This document shows, piece by piece, positions 51,340-59,800 of a DNA stretch of 64,000 bases. A program made the translations under genes and the position numbers. The stretch's first letter is position 1; every line of letters begins with the position of its first letter. The DNA comes from Cyanophora paradoxa CCMP329 (taxonomy: Eukaryota; Plantae; Glaucophyta): NCBI GenBank assembly GCA_004431415.1, contig QPMI01000430.1:6109-70108 (forward strand), written 5' to 3'. The notes below the pieces were generated by a model. The model worked only from the letters and a program-made list of their open reading frames with translations. It did not search any database and had not been told where the DNA came from.

Positions 51340-51367
51340 TGTATATTTATAACATACAGAGATAATT

Positions 51368-52150
51368 TTACAGTCCCCTCTTATATCGCATCAACTTATT
51401 CGTGTGAACAGCGCTTTTAATCTCTTTCGGCGCTTCCTCCTTCTCAGGCGGTTTTAATTCATCTTCTTTCTTTTTAGGTTTGCGATGGAAACGCGGGAAA
51501 TCAAAATCACCAACTAATTCCGCTTTATCAACATAATACCCTACGTTATATTTGAATGACGTATAAACGATAAATTGGTATGAGTGGACATACTCTTCAA
51601 ACATCTTATAGAAATCTTCTTTACGGGGAAACGTAGAATACTCTTCGGCGAAAGCTTCTAATTCTTTCTGATTACTTGCACAAACCATAATTACGATATC
51701 ACAATTACAGCGAATCACACTTGCAACCTTGCGCAGTTTTTGCGAAATGCAGACGAGGGAACAGTTCACATGTCTTGATCTTACGAAAAGCATTCCCACT
51801 GTTTTGTCTCGTGTTAAATCCAATTGGTCATTTTCAACCATATCTTCTAAAATAATCAGCATATGGTTAAGTTCTTCTCCTCTTTCCTTCTTTTCTTCAC
51901 GATCTTTAAGAACCTTAGAAATGTATTTTGCATCCCAGGCGCCCAATTGAACAGTAGCCGCTTTATCCCAGTAATGCGTGAAACTTGTAGCGGAGATAAT
52001 TAACGTTGTATCGATCTTTTTCGCATCATGAAGCTGTTTCAAATAATATTTTACCGCCTCAGTTTTCCCGCACGCCGACTTCCCAAGTATCAATAATCGG
52101 AACGGTGGCTCAATCATTTCAGCGGCATTAAACTCTTCTAAATCCACCAT
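51368..52150 (-). CDS. A32/FtsK-family genome packaging ATPase
   Basis: LILGKSACGKT Walker A, LIILED Walker B, RSRHVNCSLVCISQ and IRCN. Confidence 0.93.
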   Translation of the reverse strand: MVDLEEFNAAEMIEPPFRLLILGKSACGKTEAVKYYLKQLHDAKKIDTTLIISATSFTHYWDKAATVQLGAWDAKYISKVLKDREEKKERGEELNHMLIILEDMVENDQLDLTRDKTVGMLFVRSRHVNCSLVCISQKLRKVASVIRCNCDIVIMVCASNQKELEAFAEEYSTFPRKEDFYKMFEEYVHSYQFIVYTSFKYNVGYYVDKAELVGDFDFPRFHRKPKKKEDELKPPEKEEAPKEIKSAVHTNKLMRYKRGL

Positions 52151-52210
52151 GGCGTTGTAGATCTTCTTAATAAAGATAGATAAAAATAACGAAATGTGAC
52201 TGATAATGGT

Positions 52211-53608
52211 TTACATATTTATACGCCTTATTCCATCTTTGTCCAAAATTACGAACGAATGCATGAGAGCGCGGACGTTAACAGTAATTGTGCGATCAGC
52301 AGGAAGATACAGAGTGAGGAACGATGAAGACGAGTTCGTAAGGTCAACATATCCAGATTGGGCAATGTTGCGAATCGCCTTCTCACCATCAACACAGAAT
52401 GGAAGACCAGTAAGGACGTAACGGTTTGCTTCCTTGTCCATATTCGAGCATTTGAAGGCATCGGCGATGAGTTCCGCACCTTTAAGTAGCGGGATTGGCT
52501 CAGTTGAATACAGACGCTGTCCGTTAATCTCACAGGTCATCGTGATATCCTTCGCATTCGCAAGCGTTTTAAGGACGCTGTGAGAACCGTTAGAAGAATC
52601 GACACCATCAGCATCACGAACAGAGACAAGAAGAGCATAAACCAGACCAGAGATTTGGCTAAGATTGATTCGGTTGGGTTGAGTGTTACCTTTCGCAGCA
52701 ACACCAATAGCATCGACGAAACCGATATCGAGAGCAGGAATAGCCATCCCCGTGGTCTTAACCTTCTCAATAACAGTTGCAAACAGTTCATCTGAAACGT
52801 TGATAGCATGCATGTAGAGACGAGGAGACTTAATGGAGATGTAATGGGTCATTGGTGGAACAGTTCCAGCAACTTCGAACCCAGTAATACCGCCAGTGGT
52901 AATGTTTTGACCGACATTAGCAAGAGTTACACCAGTAGCGCTTCCGAGACCGTCATTTGCGGTTTGATCCGCAGCGGTTGTCACAACTGGAAGAGCGCGA
53001 CCGCCATAAGAAGTTTCAAGATATCCCTTGTTAGCTTCTTTGAACCAAACAGTGATTACGGCTTCACCGCTCAGAGCGCCAAGAGGTAGGTAGTGGTTCA
53101 ACCACGGCACCGGAATTTCAACGAAGAAAGCGCCACCTTTACGGTTGGTTCCGTGAGCGGGAATTCCATGAAGCATTCCCATTGAACGCTTCTTTTTCGC
53201 CAGCTGATCCTCAGAATAGTAGACCAGTGGGAAAATCGCAAGAAAATCGCTTGGGACGTGGTAGGTATACGATCCATACGAGAATTCAAGACGCTCTACA
53301 AGCGCACCGATGGGACGGGTGTAACCATTTCGCACCAGGTCGGTATCACCTTCAAAAGCCGTTAGTTCGGGAAGGTCGAAAGCGAGTTCGATTTTACCAA
53401 CAAAGTTGTAGCGGGGAAGTTTGAAAGAAACGCGTTGACCAACGTTGTTGTCATAGGTTGTCGAGGGACTAACGGTTACCAGAACGGGTTTCGTCTTCGA
53501 TTCGAGACCAAGCATAAGCGAGTTATCGAGGAAGAACGCTTTGGCTTCCTCGGGCGTTGTTAGCGCCTCTTTCAGAGAAAGACGTTGAAGGGTCGAGGTA
53601 ACATCCAT
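52211..53608 (-). CDS. Double jelly-roll major capsid protein
   Basis: 465 aa, beta-rich, with F.LPR..FVGKIELAFDLPEL and LVERLEFSYG as in PLV/NCLDV capsids. Sits between the ATPase and penton genes. Confidence 0.82.
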   Translation of the reverse strand: MDVTSTLQRLSLKEALTTPEEAKAFFLDNSLMLGLESKTKPVLVTVSPSTTYDNNVGQRVSFKLPRYNFVGKIELAFDLPELTAFEGDTDLVRNGYTRPIGALVERLEFSYGSYTYHVPSDFLAIFPLVYYSEDQLAKKKRSMGMLHGIPAHGTNRKGGAFFVEIPVPWLNHYLPLGALSGEAVITVWFKEANKGYLETSYGGRALPVVTTAADQTANDGLGSATGVTLANVGQNITTGGITGFEVAGTVPPMTHYISIKSPRLYMHAINVSDELFATVIEKVKTTGMAIPALDIGFVDAIGVAAKGNTQPNRINLSQISGLVYALLVSVRDADGVDSSNGSHSVLKTLANAKDITMTCEINGQRLYSTEPIPLLKGAELIADAFKCSNMDKEANRYVLTGLPFCVDGEKAIRNIAQSGYVDLTNSSSSFLTLYLPADRTITVNVRALMHSFVILDKDGIRRINM

Positions 53609-53662
53609 TCTGTTTTGCTTTTACTATACAAAAATATAAAAATTCTGTGAATGATCCTTAAT

Positions 53663-54667
53663 TTACGCGAATCCCGCAATATTTGGATAGAAGGGGTGGG
53701 TCTCTCTCATTCTCATTTTGAAATACTCATAAATTGGATCACCGGCGGGTTCATCACCATAACGGATTTCGAATGTCAGATGCACAGGTTGACCTTCGAA
53801 ATCAATTAATTCATTTTGAGCATTCACTACATCTACCGAGAGTTGTGATAGTGACATCTTCTTATTATAGTATTTATACAGCGGATTTGCTTCGGTCGAA
53901 TTGTAAACAACGTGTTCCGCAAATTCTTTATCTTGAACCATAAGTTTATGGAAGTATCCAGTTAGGAGACCATCGGCACATTGGACGAGGTCACCCAGTT
54001 CTTTTACTCTCACAAAAAAGACGTTATCTTTGCAGGTTTCAGTGGGGAATGTTGAGATAATACCGTTTACATTTGCACCTGTAAAAACGGAGCTTGTATC
54101 TGTTCCATAGGTCTGTGATTTAATAAACTTGTTTCCCCAGCGTCCAGCATCCAAACCCAAGATTCGAGCATGTCGTAGCGCTTTTTCGATTGCAGAAACA
54201 GAAGGATCTTTTGCATATGAGAAGCAAATATAGAACTCCACAGGAGCATAAAAGATTACTTTTTTTTGGGTTACATCCCAACCACAGCGAATTGTAGAAG
54301 GAGGCGAGAGATTCTCAAAACGGTTATTGATTCGGGCAACGAGTTGCTGATGAGTATTGATTGGGGTTTTTAGACCTGCACCAGGTCTAATAGAACGCCA
54401 ACTATCATATAGAATCTCAGGAGCATTTGCACCGGTGGATGTGGACTTTTGGCTGAAATTGATAATAAAGGCATCCTCTATTGTTGCATCCCCAGGTTCT
54501 GTTTCACCGCTAATGAGTGGGATGGAGTTATAGAATTCAGCGGAGACGAGGCGAACCGCTCTTACATTCTCATACGTCTTTGGAAGATCCGCAACAAATC
54601 GTGATGTTGGAGCATCCAGATTAGGTATTGTTTTGAAGGAAGACACTTCAACGTATTCCACAGGCAT
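53663..54667 (-). CDS. Minor capsid (penton) protein 1
   Basis: F...LP..YENV..VRLVSAEFYNS ... LSQLSVDVVN..NELIDFEG..HLTFEI single-jelly-roll signature. Confidence 0.8.
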   Translation of the reverse strand: MPVEYVEVSSFKTIPNLDAPTSRFVADLPKTYENVRAVRLVSAEFYNSIPLISGETEPGDATIEDAFIINFSQKSTSTGANAPEILYDSWRSIRPGAGLKTPINTHQQLVARINNRFENLSPPSTIRCGWDVTQKKVIFYAPVEFYICFSYAKDPSVSAIEKALRHARILGLDAGRWGNKFIKSQTYGTDTSSVFTGANVNGIISTFPTETCKDNVFFVRVKELGDLVQCADGLLTGYFHKLMVQDKEFAEHVVYNSTEANPLYKYYNKKMSLSQLSVDVVNAQNELIDFEGQPVHLTFEIRYGDEPAGDPIYEYFKMRMRETHPFYPNIAGFA

Positions 54668-54695
54668 CTTCTTTTATCTATAACCATATAATAAA

Positions 54696-55598
54696 ATGAT
54701 TCGGCTTGTCAATGTCGATAGTAGAGATCGATTAGATGGACAGAAAGAAAATGCTTACAAGGTCTCACTTACCACACCAATAACCAGACCGCGACAGTGT
54801 CGTATCTTATATGCAGAGATTCCCAACAGCATTTATAATTCGATTGGAACCGATTATATTATAGTTCGTTATAACATTGGTGGTTTCATCCTTAATCAGC
54901 AAGTATTCCCATTACCAAGTGGTTACATAAACCAAGGACACTTTGGAGTTACTCAACCATATAATTACGGTTTAAACTACGAAGTTCTTGAAAATACATT
55001 CTTTAAGATATACTACAACCCGACAACATACAAGTTAGAGTTTTATAGCAGCGTTCCATTCGAAATAGCAGCGTCAAACAATAGAATCGCCAAACTACTT
55101 GGTCTTGCTTCAACATTATTGTTAAGCCAGCAACACAATTTAGAAGATAACAGGTCTGTATTCGCTCCTGAGAATTTCTTATCGTATGCAGGAAGACCAA
55201 TAACACCTGATCACCCACAATGGGGAATTACGTTTGAAGGTGTAGATCCAGTGCCGTTGCAACACAAAGCAACAAGTCCAAAGATGGCGGATATGAACGC
55301 TGAGCAATACTTGTATATGCACATCAAAGAACTCTCTTCTTTTGCATCCAACCACAATATAGTCCCGAAATCGCAACCGCAGAATCAAGGCGCGATCTTG
55401 CGATTACAATTGAGTCAGGACATCGGGAAGTATGTTTACCATAGCGGAGAGCATGGTGAATACATAAAAATAACAGACAAAAACCTTGTTTTTCGTGAAT
55501 TAACAGTTGAGTTTCGTGATTATTTTGGTGATCTTGTAGATATGAATGGTATCGATAATTCGTTTCAGTTGGAGTTTGTAGCTATTGGATACGATTAA
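54696..55598 (+). CDS. Minor capsid (penton) protein 2
   Basis: VDSRDR..Y.V.L..PI......YAEIPNS ... LTVEFRDYFGDLVDMNGIDNSFQLEF. Confidence 0.82.
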   Translation: MIRLVNVDSRDRLDGQKENAYKVSLTTPITRPRQCRILYAEIPNSIYNSIGTDYIIVRYNIGGFILNQQVFPLPSGYINQGHFGVTQPYNYGLNYEVLENTFFKIYYNPTTYKLEFYSSVPFEIAASNNRIAKLLGLASTLLLSQQHNLEDNRSVFAPENFLSYAGRPITPDHPQWGITFEGVDPVPLQHKATSPKMADMNAEQYLYMHIKELSSFASNHNIVPKSQPQNQGAILRLQLSQDIGKYVYHSGEHGEYIKITDKNLVFRELTVEFRDYFGDLVDMNGIDNSFQLEFVAIGYD

Positions 55599-56199
55599 CT
55601 ATTGGGATATATGGTTTGAAGATATCAGCGACAACACCATTCTGATCCTCTGTATACCATCTGTTGTTTTCGCGAACCCAACGAGCGCCATTTTGTTTAA
55701 GGTATTTACGTAGAGTCGCTCGGTTCACAATCTTCCATCCATGCTCTTCAAACTTAGCATGATAAGCACGAAGATCTCTTGGAATGTGGAAATAGTAACG
55801 TTCACGATGTTCTTCTTGTCCATAGCATATCCCAATTGCATTAATTACGTCATCGTGAGTCTTTGTAGTGTTGAAAAGAAGATCATGAAAATTAACAACA
55901 ACGATGAAATCAAGTTCAGCATTACGCACTTCATTAAGATGGCTAAACTTACCATGATCGTTATAATTCACATGATTATAGAAGAACCGATCATCGCGAG
56001 TTCTCGCACAAATCCGATCAGAATTTCTTGGAAAATAACCAAAACAAACCATTTGATCCATTCCAGGATAAGAGTATGTTCCAATCTTTCGATGCAAAAC
56101 CTCAATAGTTTCAGCAAGATCAAGAATATCCTTCACACCAAATCGCATTTCAGCAATCGGAACCGAGAAGATCGGCTCACCTTCGAAGAGATACGCCAT
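55582..56199 (-). CDS. Hypothetical protein (205 aa)
   Basis: ATG ORF next to the right TIR with an upstream AAAAAATGA motif. Confidence 0.6.
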   Translation of the reverse strand: MAYLFEGEPIFSVPIAEMRFGVKDILDLAETIEVLHRKIGTYSYPGMDQMVCFGYFPRNSDRICARTRDDRFFYNHVNYNDHGKFSHLNEVRNAELDFIVVVNFHDLLFNTTKTHDDVINAIGICYGQEEHRERYYFHIPRDLRAYHAKFEEHGWKIVNRATLRKYLKQNGARWVRENNRWYTEDQNGVVADIFKPYIPIVNRIQ

Positions 56200-56299
56200 G
56201 ACACTGAATTACGTCTGAGAAAATCTTTTACCCGGTTTACTCTATACTGTCGCTTCTTCCTTAAATCATTTTGGGTTGCCCACGAGCATCATTTTTTTG

Positions 56300-57672
56300 A
56301 AAGTAAGACCTCCGTAATATCTAAATTGATAGATGAGAGAATAACAGAGATCTTTTCAGGGTTGGAGAAAGCGGAGAAGCAGATAGCAGCGCGATTTCCG
56401 AGTTAATCACACTGTTAATGGTTTGGTAGGCACTTTATATTTCTCAGATAATGAAAGTGAATATATCATATCTCTATGATTCATAGATGTCTTACTGAAT
56501 ATCGTTTGGTAGGCACTTTTTAATTGAAGTTAGGCACTTTTAATTGAAGTTAGGCACTTTTAATTGACGTTAGGCACTTAGGCACCTTTTCTGGAAACTC
56601 TCTATAAAAAATAAAATCAACGTTTTGAAAAACACAAGTTGATGTATTTGGGACTTCTTTTTAATTCTCGATAAGGAAGTGCCTAACGCGCCTACGCTGC
56701 CTACCGCGATTAAAAAAAGTGCCTACTTCGATTAACCCGCTCCATTTCAGTAGCCCGTTTTATATCTAAATGATATCCGCCGATCACGATAAAAAAGTGC
56801 CTAACCGTTTTCATCTCAGCGAAATCTCATCGATTGTTTAATTGGACATAATGCTGTAACCATCTCTTCCAACAAAATTACATCGATTAATTCAATTGAG
56901 ATTGATACACCTAAGATACAATGTTTTTACAGTAAAAAACAGAATCCAATCTTATCAATTGTTTAATTGGACATAATGCAACTCTGGGGTCATTTTCGAT
57001 ACAGTAAAAAGCTTACCCGAATCTCATCGATTGTTTAATTGGACCTGATGCAGTAACCATCTCTTCCAACAAAATACGCCGCAATCTCAACGATTGTTTA
57101 ATTGGACATAATGCAGTAACGAGTGAATTATTTTCATCCGATATTTCATCGATTGTTTAATTGGACATAATGCAGTAACCATCTCTTCCAACAAAATATG
57201 CCGCAATCTCATCGATTGTTTAATTGGACATAATGCAACTCTGTGTGAATTTTTGCGTTTTACGATAGAATGGGCGGTGGATTACTACAATCGTGATTAT
57301 ATCACAAATTTATGTTCCGTCAATCGAGATTATATCGAATTTGCATAAAATACATATTAATCGCGTTTATATCAATCGCAAAATACGTATTTTACATTTA
57401 AATACAAATTAATCGCGTTTATATCATTGAATCAATTGAGAAATACGTAATTTATCAAAAATTTATATAAATTTCATAAAATCATAATTTAATTGATATT
57501 ATACCAATTAATTTAATCGAATTTATTTAAATTTAATTGATTTTATTAAACATTTTGATTTATTTTTTAAATATTTTCGATTAATTTACACATAAAGAAA
57601 TACAAATTTAAATCCAGGAGCGAAGCGCGAAGCGCGAAGCGGAGGGATTTAAATTTGTATTTCTTTATGTGT
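56300..57672 (-). repeat. Right terminal inverted repeat (terminal hairpin at 57588-57672)
   Basis: Reverse complement of the left TIR; carries two blocks absent on the left. Confidence 0.93.
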
Positions 57673-57785
57673 GACCCACGTCAGCTTTAGATGGAAAAAG
57701 CCCACAGGGGGGCACGCGCTCCCAGCAGGGTGCTGTATGGGAGATAATGGGACTGAGAAAACGTCAGTCAGCCAAAAGCTGCCAG

Positions 57786-58255
57786 GCCCTGACTGTGACT
57801 GAGTCATGAATCATGATCAGTCAATCTAAGGTTCAGGCCACCGTGCAAAATTAAAATGTGAAAAATGATTCGGAATTCGAAATGACCCAAGTGTGATATC
57901 GCTCTATCTACTTCATTTAAGTTGCAATTGCGAAGCATGACCGTCGGACTCAGGCTGCATATGCATGAGGGCCATGATGAGGCACGAGCAGTACGGGGTG
58001 AATATGCGAGCAGAGAGGACGAAAAAAGGACATTCTGCCCCCACCAGGTGTCAACTTGGCAAATGCCGTTATAAATTAGCCTAGCTAAAAATAGTAGCCT
58101 CGTGCATTAGCGTGGGCCGTTTAATTTCTTGAAGATTTCGACGGCAGAAGATTATTTTTTGGTCAACCCACGTGATTTTTATTTTTATTTTTTGGGCCAC
58201 GTCAAGCTTTAGATATCGATGGGAAAAACCCACAGGGGGGCACGCTCCCAGCAGC
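57786..58255 (+). repeat. Diverged second copy of the host repeat into which the provirus inserted
   Basis: Matches 28220-28504 joined to 57673-57730 (ttcttgaagatttcgac..ttttttggtc(g/a)acccacgt..cccacaggggggcacgc). Confidence 0.8.
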
Positions 58256-59800
58256 CCTGGAAGGGACGTCGACCTGCAGCCTGCAGGCTGCAGCGGCCGT
58301 GCAGCCACTGTCACAGTGTGCAGGGCCGGGGCGGCTGTGCAGCCTGCGCGGGGTGTTGTATCATCTTGTATGGGAGTCCACTCACTGAGTCATGACTCAT
58401 GATCAGTCATGACACACCGTGCCAGTGAGTCCCGTGACGCGTCGCCGCGGCGTCGGTCCGGTCCGTTGATTCAATCGTGAATTACTAAAAAAAGTTAGTG
58501 CAACGTTTAACTTACTAGTTAACTTGACTGTTCGCGGTCCCGGAGTCCGACGGTCAGTACTAGTGTTCAACGGTTTGCTAATAACTTTGATTTACTTTCA
58601 CTGAGTCACTTGCAATTGCAAGCTTTCAAGTTCGAATTCACAGTAGTAGTGACAGTACTGTAAACGTAGAAAAGACTCTGAAAAGTTCGTTGATCATGAG
58701 ACTTAATTTCAACAAAACCCGAAAATCGTGACGAAAATATGGTTCGACAGCATCATATTTTCGTCAGCCCCCCGACTCCGCTAGTACCCTTCTCCATACA
58801 AAATTTCCGTTCAAGAGTATCAAATATTCGTCAAAGTGCAGGTCTGACGAATATAGACGAAATAAAGACGCTAACTTCCGAGTAACTTCCGTCATACTGG
58901 CCCAGTGGAGAGCTAGAAATATTTAGAGCTGTATGAGCGCCTGTATATCACGCTCAAAACAATTCTGAAGTTCTGCAATTTGCTCAAAAATAGCTGTTCG
59001 TCCGAATTAATTTCGGACTCTGTTTAATATTAAAAGTAGACGTAGACGTCGACGTTATAAACTTATAATTACGGGCCCCCGGGACCGTCAGACGGCTCGT
59101 CGACGACGACTCGACGTCAGTACTACCGGTAGTGGTCCGTCACGGCGTCACAGCCGGAGGTTCTAGCTAGTAACGTTGACTTTTATATTAGCTCTAGTTA
59201 TATAATTACCGGTAGTAGTAACTAACAGTGGTAATTTATAATGGACCAACACTGGTCCGTTACTTATATATAATTACGGACCTTTACGGTTACTAAGTTA
59301 GTCGGCCGCGGTACCGGTACCGCCGTACGTACCGGTGCGAATTCGAATATCGTCACGGCGTGCGGCGTGGTACTTACGGAACTTACGGTACAGTCGACGT
59401 ACTTACTACTTATAATTAGCTTGGGGATGACAATCATGACATAATAAACTTTGAAAGTGCAGCCTTTTTTTTTGGTGAATTACCGGCCACAGCCTCTAGT
59501 GTGAGTCTAGTCTACTCCTAGTACTCCAGCACTGTGGGGGCGTATACTAGGAGTACAGTTTACCCGGGACCAGCTGCTAAGGTGGCATTTTTAATTTGGC
59601 GAAGCACTAATTATTTTCTTGTACTAAATGACCTAGTTCTCCAGTCCTTGCAGGAAGCTTTCAGAAAGCTTTCATGAACTTCGGATCGGAAATTTGAAAG
59701 CTTTCAGGGCCCCAAATTCAGGCCCCTCATGATCATATCCTCGGCGGTGAGTCGACGTGTGACTCGAGTTTAATTCCTCTGCACTGCGCATGCGGCGCCG

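Larger units (their letters stand above)
28505..57672. mobile_element. Complete endogenous Polinton-like virus/Maverick-type provirus (29,168 bp)
   Basis: 6-bp TSD GACCCA at 28499-28504 and 57673-57678, termini ACACAT.../...ATGTGT, long TIRs, integrase, pPolB, ATPase, MCP and penton genes, and a sharp GC drop. Confidence 0.96.

Noticed and set aside
55741-56406. 221-aa plus-strand ORF ending in the speD C-terminus
   Set aside because: Mostly antisense to ORF 55582-56199; only the last ~34 codons are the TIR-duplicated speD tail.
28505-57672. Classification as a bacterial prophage/contaminant or as a canonical virophage
   Set aside because: It is integrated with a TSD in intron-containing eukaryotic DNA and has A32 ATPase, DJR capsid and pPolB. 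The capsid looks PLV/NCLDV-like and no maturation protease was recognised.
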